Positions 12,601-24,536 of a DNA stretch of 64,000 nucleotides are shown here, piece by piece. Origin of the DNA: Guillardia theta CCMP2712 (Eukaryota > Protista > Cryptophyta); NCBI RefSeq assembly GCF_000315625.1, contig NW_005434562.1, positions 56,980 through 120,979 of the forward strand, read 5' to 3'. The position numbers were made by a program, and so were the translations under genes. Numbering within the stretch: the stretch's first letter is position 1; each line of letters opens with the position of its first letter. The notes beneath the pieces are model-generated. The model was given only the letters and a program-made list of their open reading frames with translations. It did no database searches and was not told where the DNA came from.

Positions 12601-15600
12601 ATCTGTATGCGGACAGGGGCTGAGACCCCGCCGGTAGAAGGAAAGATAGAAGAGACTTGAAGGTTGGGAGCAGCGACGTAACGGTAGACGGGAAGCCTCA
12701 GCTGCACGGGGTTGGAGTCCTTAGCAGAGTTGGCAGAGATTAGAGGCTGGAGGGTGGTGCTCGTGCCGATCGGAGGGAGGAGGAACTGGATGGTAGCCAC
12801 GTTGGAACAGTATTGCGAAGCTTCGTACGTCACGCTCACAGCTGCTAAAGTCTGGTTCGTTGAGCTCAACAACATCTGGAAGGCCGTGGTCGGTTGCTCT
12901 GCTAACACGTTGGACAAGCGTACAAAGAAGGACGTGTAAGCATAGCGATACCCTGAGCTGGGAAATGAGTCCAGCAGATTGAGAGCTGTCTGACTGATCA
13001 GTTCGACCAGGAAGGTGACGTTGCGTCCACAAGGATTGAAGTCGCAAAGGGAAACTTGCACGGGTTGAAACCCGACGGCGGCGAGCGGAGCCTCCACCCG
13101 CATGTCTACCGTGATGATCTTCCTGCTCAGATCCAACGATGTGACCAGCACGGACACATTGAGAGTCGCTGAGGCCACGGCAGGGACGGGCAGGTCGTCG
13201 AGCTGAGGGGATCGGATGACCACTCGTGTCACGAAGCTTCTTCCGCTGCATCCCGAGGCCGGGGTGACGCTGGCGACCGAAGGAAAATCCCAGCAAGTCC
13301 CCCTGCTGCCGTTCCCACACCCAGTCAAGTAAGATCCTGGAGGACAGCGATACTGCGAGCATTCAGCGCAGACGCGATCAGAGACCAGCGAGCATGGCGA
13401 GAGCTCGTACTGACTGCCTGAGCAGACGCGGCAAGAGGAGCAGCCTGTATCCGCCGTTGTGCTGCAGTTGGCTGTGAGGTATTCCGAGCTCGAGCAGCTG
13501 CTGCATGCCTGACAGGATCCAGCACTGCCGTTGCCGCAACCTTGAACAAACTCCCCGGCATTGCAACGCAAACTGCAGTCTGAGCAGCTTCGATCTGAAT
13601 CTTGACTGCATGCCGAGCTCTGGTATTCGTTAGACCCGCAGGTCCTGCACTGACTACACTCGCCAGTGGAGCCGTTGCCGCATCCCCATCGGAAGGACTC
13701 GTCAGGGCACTGCAACGAGGAGCAGTTGAGACAGAGTCTGTCGACAGAGGTTGAGCATGCGGAAGCCTCGTACTGCCCTGCACCGCAGGTGGAGCACGAG
13801 GAACAGCTCCCAGCACTTCCGCTTCCACATTGATCGAGGAATTCTTCATCGCCACAACGACGTGAGCTGCAGTTTTGGCAGATCGTATCAGAGGTCTCGT
13901 TGCAAGGAACCGAGATGTACTCGGCTGTCCCGCATGTTTTACACTGTTTGCATGTTCCTGCGAGCATCAACAAGTCAGTCAACATGTTTGTGAGAGAACG
14001 ATTGAGAGAACGTCAAACAACAGCAGATTTGACTGAAGAGAATATGAAACACAACCAAGGAAAACAGTTTAAGGAACAATATACAATGAAACTCACCATT
14101 AAAGCCCCCACCGCAACCGTCAAGATATTCGCCGGGCGAACAAGAGTCGCATTGCACACAATGACCTGAAGAACTTCCGGAACAACCAGAAAGAAATGAT
14201 CCAGAAGGACATAAGCTGAAATCACACTCGACACAAATAAACATATCAAGAACAGACGAATATTGCACAAATTGACCATGACTACAATCTGGAACATCCC
14301 GCATCGAACAATTGGCTCCCGTGTACCCCTCGTAGCACACGCATGCTCCCGTCTGCCCTCCGCACCGCCCGTTCCCGTTGCAGTCCCTCTCCATGTCGCA
14401 GACCGCCGTGCATCCCTCCCCGTACACGTCCGCCCCGCAGATCTCCTCCCCTCCTGCTTCCTCCGAGCAGTTGGCTCCCGTGTACCCCTCGTAGCACACG
14501 CATGCTCCCGTCTGCCCTCCGCACCGCCCGTTCCCGTTGCAGTCCCTCTCCATGTCGCAGACCGCCGTGCATCCCTCCCCGTACACGTCCGCCCCGCAGA
14601 TCTCCTCCCCTCCTGCTCCCTCCGAGCAGTTGGCTCCCGTGTACCCCTCGTAGCACACGCATGCTCCCGTCTGCCCTCCGCACCGCCCGTTCCCGTTGCA
14701 GTCCCTCTCCATGTCGCAGACCGCCGTGCATCCCTCCCCGTACACGTCCGCCCCGCAGATCTCCTCCCCTCCTGCTGCCTTCGAGCAGTTGGCTCCCGTG
14801 TACCCCTCGTAGCACACGCATGCTCCCGTCTGCCCTCCGCACCGCCCGTTCCCGTTGCAGTCCCTCTCCATGTCGCAGACCGCCGTGCATCCCTCCCCGT
14901 ACACGTCCGCCCCGCAGATCTCCTCCCCTCCTGCTCCCTCCGAGCAGTTGGCTCCCGTGTACCCCTCGTAGCACACGCATGCTCCCGTCTGCCCTCCGCA
15001 CCGCCCGTTCCCGTTGCAGTCCCTCTCCATGTCGCAGACCGCCGTGCATCCCTCCCCGTACACGTCCGCCCCGCAGATCTCCTCCCCTCCTGCTTCCTCC
15101 GAGCAGTTGGCTCCCGTGTACCCCTCGTAGCACACGCATGCTCCCGTCTGCCCTCCGCACCGCCCGTTCCCGTTGCAGTCCCTCTCCATGTCGCAGACCG
15201 CCGTGCATCCCTCCCCGTACAACGTCCGCCCCGCAGATCTCCTCCCCTCCTGCTTCCTCCGAGCAGTTGGCTCCCGTGTACCCCTCGTAGCACACGCATG
15301 CTCCCGTCTGCCCTCCGCACCGCCCGTTCCCGTTGCAGTCCCTCTCCATGTCGCAGACCGCCGTGCATCCCTCCCCGTACACGTCCGCCCCGCAGATCTC
15401 CTCCCCTCCTGCTGCCTTCGAGCAGTTGGCTCCCGTGTACCCCTCGTAGCACACGCATGCTCCCGTCTGCCCTCCGCACCGCCCGTTCCCGTTGCAGTCC
15501 CTCTCCATGTCGCAGACCGCCGTGCATCCCTCCCCGTACACGTCCGCCCCGCAGATCTCCTCCCCTCCTGCTTCCTTCGAGCAGTTGGCTCCCGTGTACC

Positions 15601-16114
15601 CCTCGTAGCACACGCATGCTCCCGTCTGCCCTCCGCACCGCCCGTTCCCGTTGCAGTCCCTCTCCATGTCGCAGACCGCCGTGCATCCCTCCCCGTACAC
15701 GTCCGCCCCGCAGATCTCCTCCCCTCCTGCTGCCTTCGAGCAGTTGGCTCCCGTGTACCCCTCGTAGCACACGCATGCTCCCGTCTGCCCTCCGCACCGC
15801 CCGTTCCCGTTGCAGTCCCTCTCCATGTCGCAGACCGCCGTGCATTCCTCCCCGTACATGTTGTTATTGCATATTTTGATTTCGCTGGTAATACTGGGAT
15901 CGCTTTGACTTCCATTGTTTGATCGGATCGCTATCAATTTAGGATTGAATGGTGCGTTCAATCTCTGCATTGACACTGATCTTGCTTTTATTTCGAAGGA
16001 GTTTAATCCAACAGCCCAGCATAGTAAGACGATTGGGATGAAGTTTCTGGCTTGCTGATTCCGATGCCACATGTTTTTTGTTATTGTAAGCGCGATCACC
16101 ATTTTCAGCGACAC
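3621..16114 (-). CDS. Giant (~4,100 aa) type I membrane protein: 10 EGF-like repeats, TNFR-like Cys repeats, IPT/TIG repeats, PKD/REJ-like region, GPS-like motif, more Cys repeats, one TM helix, short tail. Exons about 16114-14097 and 13957-3621; apparent frameshift near 15221; true start uncertain
   Basis: The 3454-aa ORF joins in frame to the upstream EGF exon through intron 13958-14096 (GTGAGT donor, CTGAC branch, CAG acceptor; junction NG|TCKQC). TIG-like segments SVSVTSGPSTG and STQGPDTGGNSIDV. REJ-like segments LQLDGSGSRDLD, VNTPPQGGSC and CTNWIDTDAPPSYEF. TM helix LMLIVLLSVLIPVFVFGIGLLIY. Confidence 0.88.
14312..15858 (-). repeat. Coding tandem repeat: 10 x 159 bp (53-aa EGF-like unit CGADVYGEGCTAVCDMERDCNGNGRCGGQTGACVCYEGYTGANCS..AGGEEI)
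   Basis: The anchor ttggctcccgtgtacc recurs at 14312, 14471, 14630, 14789, 14948, 15107, 15267, 15426, 15585 and 15744. Units are nearly identical. Confidence 0.97.
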
Positions 16115-17092
16115 CAGAATATCAAGAAGTCAAACAACACAAGCAGCATCAACAAGATTCAAGACATCTGTCAACCATCCTCTGCTCTCACTCGTGACCC
16201 TGACTTCCTGGCATGGCCCCGTACGCCGAGCGCTGCTGCCAGCTGCCATACCTCTACAATATATTTACAATAAATATGTTTTATGTAGTACCGCGATTCA
16301 ATTTAAAAACTGTTATTCATGTTGAAGTTGACAAATGGGGAGGAGGATAGGGTTCACGTCAGCCATTCATAAGTTTCTCTTTTTACACCCCTCCGATTCA
16401 CCAAATATTGTTGGTCATTTCCCATAGGGGTAGGGTGGTACAAATCAACATGAGGAGTGGCAGGGTAGGGTGAGGTATTTCTGGCAGCCGTAATAAAAAC
16501 GACTTGTATGATCAAGAATGATTATTTACCCGAGCAAAATAGATTAACTACCCGAGGGAGTGACCGAACTACATGAAAGAGGAGAAAGGAAAGACGAGCG
16601 AGGAGAGTGGAGAGGAGAGAGGAGAGAGGGGAGAGGGGAGAGGAGAGGAGAGGAGAGCAGGAGGATCAAAAAGGAGGAGAGGGAGGGAGGAAGGGAGAGG
16701 TGGAGATAAGAATGTAACAAGGAGAGATGACCAAAGTGAATTGAGGCTTAACTTTGAATTGAGGGCATATCAGGTGGAATTTAGGCAGGGGAGAGGCATG
16801 TGAAAACGAGGTGGAAGAGCTTTTTAGATATGATAGTATGCAATAATCAAGGAGATGCATAGATTACTTGAAGACGTTTAGACAAAAGTTGCTATGATCC
16901 GAAGCAAAACGGAAAACAGGCCCAGAAGGCGCAAACTAGTGAAAGCAAGGAGGATTCGGAAACGACTTGTCAAGGAAAATGTTTGATGTGATGAGAGCAT
17001 GGTGGTGCTAGAAAGCTGTTATCAGTAACCGTGTCTGAGTTGCTCTCTGATCATGTCCAGGTGCTCTGAGTGAAAATTTTCTCTCCTGTCGG

Positions 17093-17547
17093 ATGTTCAT
17101 TAAGAACATTCGACTTCTTCTGCGGAGCAGTGTGAAATACCCCCAGCACATATACCAATCTGCGGCATTAGCGAAGAGGAGCATGTCTACAGAAGGAAAG
17201 GGTGAGAAGTTATGAGGAGCTGTTCACAATGAAGTCCTTTGTGATCCTTGATGATGGTGACAGGCCCAATCTACAGCAGCATCTGGAATGTCATCGACAA
17301 GCAACTGCAACCAACTCACATCGAACTCGTTGACGATTCCGCAAAGCATGCTGGACACGAAGCAATGAAAGGCTCCACTGCCAAGGAGACACACTTCCGA
17401 TTGAAGGTGGTATCTTCCAAGTTTGAGGGGCTGTCGCTGGTCAAGAGGCACCAAATGGTCTATGCGTTGTTGAACGAGCAGTTTCAGCAAGGGTTGCATG
17501 CTCTAAACATTGTTGCGAAGACTCCACAGGAAGTAGAGAAGCGGTGA
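17093..17547 (+). CDS. bolA: BolA-family protein with mitochondrial-type presequence (exons 17093-17201 and 17264-17547)
   Basis: IELVDDSAKHAGH...ETHFRLKVVSSKFEGLSLVKRHQMVYALL...LHALNIVAKTPQE is a classic BolA. Exon 1 reads MFIKNIRLLLRSSVKYP...KRSMSTEGK and joins in frame across a 62-nt GT-AG intron. Confidence 0.93.
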
Positions 17548-17822
17548 TGTCGAGATTGTACTCTCAAAAAAAATAGATCAAGATTGCTTCACAAGAGTTG
17601 ACCACGTGTGAGTTGTTCACAAACCTTTTCAACCTGTCACTCGTTGTCATCATGCTGGACAATCTGTGCGTTGTGTCAGGTTGAGATGAACTCACAAGAA
17701 GCAAGCGACCTGCTCATGAGACTCAAGGAAAAGGTTGATAAACTCAAAGTACTCCAACTGTCCGTTGAGTTCAGACGATGCGACATCGTACCGTCCAAAG
17801 AGTGCGAGAGCCTCTCGGAACG

Positions 17823-18830
17823 TTATGTAGATCCCCAATGTCTGCACAATGTGCAGAAACTCCATGTGGCCAATGATCGGATGCCCCAGGTCGGCACCTG
17901 CTCAGACCTTAGCACGTCAACTCTCTCACGCTGCTGGGAAGACCTGTCCTGGCATAGAAATTGAAAAGTTTCATCATGTCTTTGGGGGCACTCGTGACCT
18001 TTGCGGTCACTCTCTCGGCCAGCTGGGAGGTCACAGTCAAAGAGCCAGTCAACAACGGCATCGTTCCATACTTGTCGATTGAGGTCGTCCACCCTGCTCT
18101 TCCCCACTATCGCCTGCGCAACACTGTACCTGCCAAGATCGTGTGAGACGACTCCGTGGCAGGTAAGGAAGCGACGTCACCTGTAGATCAAGGGATCATC
18201 GGACGTGGGATCCAGGATCCTGTTCGCCGCCACTGAAGTCTTGGAGGAAGGAGCCCTTCTTGACCCTGTGCTTGCCGACCGCTGCAGGATGCTGCTAGCG
18301 GTGGTCAGCTGATGAGAGCCAGTACTTGGTAGCCGGGCGAAGGAGGCATTGGCACCAGAATTGGGAGTCTGAAGCCTTTTGGGGCTGCTGAGGTTGGACT
18401 GCCTGAGGTCTGAGAACGAGCGTGTCAGATTGGGACTCTCGTCCTCGCTCTCCGGTTGGATCTTCTCATCGTACGACTCTTTGAAGGTGGTAGTGAACAT
18501 GTGCTTCCCCGTGTAGTAGTACCCGTCTCCAACAGTGACCTGCGACCGGTTCCTCAGAGGATTCTTCCGCTGCGTGATGGACTTGGGGTTCTCCTTCCTC
18601 ATCCGGTCCACCTTCCTCTGCAAGTCCTCGTAGTAGCTGGCGAGGTTGACCGGTCCTCCCTGCAGGAAGGTTCTTGGCCCCACGTTGTCATCCTCATCTG
18701 AAGGATCCAGGCCCCGGAGGCTGCTGAACCCTGTCCCGAGGATGGGGCTCGATGTCATGACTCTGCGCCGGCCGACCCTGTAGTCCATGGTGACGGTAGT
18801 ATCGAAGTCTGGAGTTGGCGGGCATGCCAT
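17823..18830 (-). CDS. Hypothetical multi-exon protein (may extend 3' to about 17560)
   Basis: A coding-like ORF of about 218 aa starting at ATG 18830 ends at a GT donor near 18181 and continues in ORF 17823..18107. No domain recognised. Confidence 0.55.
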
Positions 18831-18889
18831 CACCGCACCTAGTTCACGTTCTCGTCATGTTCACAGCATCCGTTCTACCTTGCACTCAC

Positions 18890-19475
18890 GTGTAGCAGAA
18901 GCAAATGTCAACCCATGGTGAAACTGAAATTTTGGTATGAAGCCTGAATACCCAGGTATCTGTGCAAAATACAGCATTCAGTACGTCGACAGGCGGCATG
19001 GCTGCCTCTCACATGGTTCTCGAATCTATAGTTGACTCCGAAGGGTTCCAAGTCTTTGGACTCTGACGACAGAGACATCGAGGTAGGATACAGTAGCTTC
19101 AAGGCAACATGCTGCGGGGATGGTTGAAACCCTGCTGAAAAGTCTTGATCAAGGCGTGTGAGGGCGTTCAGTGTTAAGAGCAAGAAAAATACTGATCAAT
19201 GCATCTACAGGAAGGCATACACTTCCGGTGATGATGGCTACGAGATCAAATTGTCTTAGTGTCCCCCTCTATGACTCTCGCGCACGTGAAAAATTGACCA
19301 CCCTGTTGTGGCATCTACACCTCCAACTCAGCTCTCTTCCTGGCCGCCATCCCAGCCTCCCTGTCTCCTCTCCTCGTTGGAGCTGGCAACGCTCCTCATC
19401 GCTTCTCCCTTCTTGCCGTGAGTGCGGCAGTCAAGGATGGATTGTGCATTGGCGGTATTATCCGTTAATCGCATC
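18890..19475 (-). CDS. Possible small multi-exon hypothetical gene
   Basis: Coding-like ORF pieces (19328..19546 and 18908..19183) with plausible splice sites, divergent from the 19773 gene across an AT-rich stretch. No motif recognised. Confidence 0.3.
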
Positions 19476-19772
19476 GGGGTAGGGCCTGTGAGACTTAACC
19501 GACTCGGAACCTCCGAGGCTGTCGACCAACTGCAGTACTCGTACAATCACCTTGTACCAGTCTTAGTAATTGTATAGTACCAATACCACATGCGTAGGTT
19601 GCTTTCAGTACTGAATTTAATTAATTATTAGCTCAAAAATTATATATATATTTATTAAAAGCCGGTGTATTGTAAAACGAATATGTATCCAGCTGTTTTA
19701 AATTTGTATCAACTTTGAACAAAAAAAACTTGCCTACGTTTTACACGAAAAAACAAAACACAAGGGACCGTG

Positions 19773-20620
19773 ATGCCGACGATGCTGCGAGCGTTCGTGG
19801 TGGCTCTGAGCGTGACAACGATCAGCTATACACCTGCACGTGCTGACGAAGTGTCGGTAAGATCTGAAATCATGTTCTCGCTGTAACTCCGTCATGTCTT
19901 CCTCTGCTAACATGCTTCTTGTCCACACTTTTTCCCTTGTTGCAGTTCGTAGGATTGTGCACTCCAAGCCTCCCTGCCGCCCGTATTTTAAGAAAGCCAT
20001 TCGTGACACCAACCATGACATCGGATTCGAAGCAATATAGCAAGTACCAGCCCATGAACATGCTTGACAGGAGGTCGTTCTTGTCGAAAACTCTTCTAGT
20101 TGCTCCTGCACTGTCCTTCGGTTTTCAGGCTACTGAGTTCGCTGCGGCGGAATACGACACGAAAAATCTTCCTGTATCCTTGCAGAAGTTGATGGGCGAC
20201 TTTCCACTCGAAGATGCCACCATTGCAATCTTTGACGACAACTCCAAATTGCCTCAGAAAATGTTGAAGGAGCTTCAAAACAAGGGCATCAAGGCTATTG
20301 GGATCGGAGCGGGCGGCGACCTCGCCAGCATGAGAGATAAGTACAGAGAGAATGAGTGCTATGCGGCCATTGTCCCAGACGGCAAGTTTGTCAAGAATAT
20401 CATGAGCGGCCGCGGTCTAGAATGTGATCACTGCAGCTTCTACGGCGACACATCCCCACCAAAGTGGATCGTTGTGCTGCAGGCCAACGGCAAGGATGGG
20501 AAGACCATCCAGTCGGAGTCGGCACTGCTCGGCAGGGAATGTGATCCGAACGGAATTTGCTATCAGAGCGGGACTCCGATCCCGATCTTCACGCTCGAGG
20601 AGCTCCAGGCACTGAAGTGA
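19773..20620 (+). CDS. Putative thylakoid-lumen protein of unknown function with a tripartite presequence (exons 19773-19856 and 19946-20620)
   Basis: Signal-like MPTMLRAFVVALSVTTISYTPARA, GTAAG...GCAG intron in phase 0, transit-like FVGLCTPSLPAARILRK, then a Tat-like DRRSFLSKTLLVAPALSFGFQATEFAAA-E. Confidence 0.7.
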
Positions 20621-20788
20621 TTCGTGTTTCGGGTGGTCCACAGGAGAACCTATCAGGGGTATTTGTATCTTAGGAAGAGCTCATAGCTCTAGATACAAAG
20701 CCTTGAGGTAGACAAGACATTGAAAGTAACGCAATGAACACTTGCCACATACGACGTTGCCTACATCACCCTGTGGATGTTCAGATAC

Positions 20789-22224
20789 TTATGTCCGGGC
20801 GACGGGATAAAGCTCATCGTCTTCCTGATTTCCCCACTCCCCTGAAGAGCACAAGTTAGCCAGCTGGTCGGTAGTATAATAGTGGCCAAGAGCGAGGCTA
20901 CCCCATGATCCGTCGTAGTTCGACAGGTTGCAAAGAGGGATTCCAAGCTTCCAAAGCGCAAATAGAACAGCAGTGCTTGCAACCCCGCCGTTACAGTACC
21001 TGCATTGAAGTTTACCACTGGAAGAAACTCAATTGGGGATACAAGAATGTCTTGCGATTCTTCATATCTTGGACATCAAGTCCTTCATCTTTTAGAATCT
21101 GTCATAAGTTTAAGATCGTACTTGCTTCGGATGACAGGCGATTACTGCGATCATTTGCTCATCGCTGGGAGCATCATCAGACATGAGCAGGCATTGCGGA
21201 GATGAATCACCTGAGGTATCCTCCCATTTCTTTGTTGATAAGTCGCTTGTAAGGAATGTTCGTCGCTCCAGGAATACAACCAGACCTATGCAAATCAACC
21301 AACGTTGATGTGATTGAACATGTCACACCTCTTAGCCCGGCGCTCTTTCGAAGTGAACTGCGCAGCGTTGCGGGCATCGACTATGCACGCATCGCTTGTT
21401 TTCTTGATTACCTCTCTCATGTCCGAGGCCACGCACCTCAAAGAAGGCAGTTCCACTCTGGCGTTGAATTCAGCATATTTCTTGAGGGGGCATTCAGTGT
21501 CGACGCTAATGTCTCTTTCTTCTGCACACCAGCGCTTCCAACCACCGTTGAGTATTCGAACATCTTTGTGACCGTAGTATGTCAGAGCCCACCATAACCT
21601 CGTTGCAAACAGCATGTTCCCATTGTCATAGACCACTACAGTGTTGTCATTGCAGACTCCCCTTTCTTCCATGGCGGCCTCGAACAAATCTTTTGGGCTG
21701 AGCTGCACAGGGACGAGTGACTGAGGGTCGACAATATCCGCAGTCCAGTCTACGAACTCTGCTCCAGGAATGTGGCCGTTGAGGAAGTCTTCCTTGCATG
21801 GTCGGTACACCGTTTGCACGAAATCAGCTTCGGCGGGTAGCTTCTCAACTTCGCCGCGAATGTCCAGGATGGTCACCTCTTCCAGGTGTTCTTGCAGCCA
21901 GTCTGTGCTGACCAGCGCTCGAGCTCGGATCACATCTTCCTCCAAGCTGCTCCCTCCAGCTGACATCGCCATCGCTCTTGTTCCGCTACATCCCCGGTCA
22001 CCCCTTGTCGAACGGCCCAGCCTAGTGGACGGCCTGCGGCAAATCAAGCATGCTCCCAACCTTGCAAGCACAGGAGGAGCTACCCTCGAGGTGTACATAG
22101 AGAAGCAGCTGATCCTACTTGTCCACACGAGCAACAGCAGGCTTGCCCTGACTTGACCTCCTGACATGCCCAGTGTTCCACGGTTCGCAGTCCGGCCGGG
22201 GCGGCCTTTGTCACTCATCGCCAT
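20789..22224 (-). CDS. Rhodanese / 3-mercaptopyruvate sulfurtransferase (tandem rhodanese domains), probably plastid-targeted, multi-exon
   Basis: LVSTDWLQEHL, ILDIR, FLNGHIPGAEFVD, VVVYDNG..ATRLWWALTYYGHKDVRILNGGWKRW, IVDARNAAQF; later exons IAYCNGG and C-terminal EWGN. N-terminal hydrophobic stretch followed by ISCF. Confidence 0.92.
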
Positions 22225-22705
22225 CCGAGGCTGGCACTCAGCCGCGGGCCGCGCCCGGCCCGGCCCACCGTGCCCCCGGGGGCCGCGGCGGCGCGGTCCA
22301 GTTCAGTTCCGAAGCCTTCCGGCAATCTACCACTGACAGCCTGTGACTGACGCTACGGCCGGGTGCTGACTCAGGGATCTGATGGTGATCGGTTCTGTGG
22401 CGGTCAGCGTTCAACACTCAGGCTCGGAGGCCCTCCTTCACTGTACGACCGTACCCGGCCCGGCGTACATTGAAGCTGCCCGGAGACACGATATATCAAT
22501 ACCGCTCGAGAGTTTCACTAAAACGGTTCCTTGAATTGGTCGGAACACGAGCTTTACTTTCAAAGATCAAAAATGGCCAATGATCATAGACTCACAGTGA
22601 ACTTAATAGAAGTCTAATTTTCAACCGGCGAGTCCAAACAGTTGATAATTTCATTTACATTCATACCTTGTTGCCTCTATCGCATCCTTATTGATTCATT
22701 AATTC

Positions 22706-23302
22706 TCACGTGTCAGGATGCTGGAGTTCTTCTGTCAACATGTACCAAGCTATCCAGGCTGGCTCTAGCAGATTGCTCTCCTCGTGTAGGTATTGGTCAA
22801 CTTCGACACCCACGGGAAAGGGCTGTTCAAGATCGCAACCAAACCCATTTACATGATGAGTATAGTAAGGCTCAGTCCCGCTGGCAAACGCTGGTTCCTC
22901 CATATATGCGTCGTGGATACAGCTTGAACTTTGACCTGCTGCATGAATATCCGAAAAGGCTGAATCGTCATCCAGCAGAGGAGGATGTGAATTGCTTGCT
23001 TGCTGAGTTTCTCCGTCTGAAGCTTGAGGCAACGATCGAAACCTGCTGTAGGGCCACTTCACGATGCCGAGCTTTCTGCAAACGCATTTGAGTGCCGTCA
23101 ATGAAATCCCCTATTGCAAATGATCAGGCAATTTCGAGATGTCCCACAAGAACAAGTCACTCACCAGCAACTTCGCGGCATCGCTTTGCTTCATATCGAA
23201 CATTCGAGTGATGTCTTCACGGCTGAGAGATAATCCTTGCTTCTTTGCCATGCTTGACTGCTCATTTCTAGATCTTCTTGGCAATATTTTTGCGGCCTGC
23301 AT
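22706..23302 (-). CDS. RWP-RK domain transcription factor (2 exons, intron about 23113-23164)
   Basis: LSREDITRMFDMKQSDAAKLL|GISLTALKCVCRKLGIVKWPYSR matches the RWP-RK consensus (AA..LG.S.T.LK..CR..GI.RWP.RK). Confidence 0.9.
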
Positions 23303-24536
23303 GGCCAAAACTCCACAAGAATGTGCAGAAATACTTTCAGGTTAGGGACTCCGCGACGAGCACTTCAGCGGATAAAGGAAGAAGGAGGAAGAGAAGTTGG
23401 AGCGAAGGAGGGGAAAGACACAGGTGAACTCTGCAACGAGGACAGGAAGTGCGACGACAACTGATATTGCGCGCCCTCGCGCGCAAGTTTTTACTATTAT
23501 GAGTTCCGACGCCGGTTGTAGGGGTCGTTTAATGCTAATTTGATGGGGTACTATCTTTGCTTCCATGCCCGAAGCACCTACCCCACCATGAACTGTATCA
23601 AGCAAGACAACCCTACCCTGGATCCTATTCCTTCTACCCCCACCCACTAAAATTAGCACAAGTACCCTTTATTTTCTGTAGTCAAAACGAAGCGTACCGC
23701 ACCCGACCAGTCAAATTTTGCCAAAGTATATCCGTCCTACTACCCCACCCCACCTCGTCTCTTCCGAACTTTACAACAGCCTTTGGAACCAAGGAGAGTA
23801 CCCCCATCTCCTAGCATCAAATACACCCCCCCATTCACTTTACGCGCAAGCCCGTATCCATTGGACGCTAGACATAACCAGCTATTTCCCCACACTACCC
23901 CTCTATCCCGATGACCACCCGTACCTATACCCATATCAAATTCACCGAAGTGTGGAGTAGTAAAGTTGAGTCGCGGAACTTTCCGAAGTTCCGGTCAGTC
24001 AGTCTCTCTAGAGCTCCTGGAGAGCTCCCCCGGTATCTAGCAAGCGGTAGTAAGAGGCTACTTCTGACTTTTTGCCTGGCCTGCAGTGTGTGCACCACCA
24101 CCCCATCATGGCACCTTCTGTCCAGTACTACCATAAGGCCTGCCCGGGGGTGGGTACTACGGATGGGTACGGTCCCTGTCGCCGCATCCCGGCGATCGGC
24201 GGCCGCGCGACTCTCGGCCGGGCGGCCGGGGGTCACGAGGCAACGAGTCCGAGTCTGTCAGGCTGCATAATAGTATGCAGTTTGAGTAAAGATCATAGAG
24301 TAGCTCCGGCAACTTGAAGCAGCCGGGATAACCTGCCAGTGTGAGCCGCTCCGGGAGCCGCGGGATCCGCAGATCAGACTCCTGAAGTAAAGTGATTTTT
24401 TAACTTCACTTTGAGTAAACAGCCGGGCCGAAACACGGTCCGATCCCTGCGGCCCGGCCAGGGCCTGGAGGAGTCGCCGCCGGCCCGGCGCCGGGAAGCT
24501 TGGCCTGTTAGCTGTATCTTGGGGAGCGCAGAAGTC

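Noticed and set aside
14312-15858. Regular repeat array as a CRISPR candidate
   Set aside because: No unique spacers, it is a coding tandem repeat, and the context is eukaryotic.
14013-15922. Several long alternative-frame and antisense ORFs over the EGF array
   Set aside because: They are by-products of a stop-free 159-bp repeat. Only the Cys-patterned frame is meaningful.
17608-17964. Plus-strand ORF MNSQEASDLLMRLKEKVDKLK
   Set aside because: It overlaps the probable 3' exons of the minus-strand gene starting at 18830 and has no recognisable domain.
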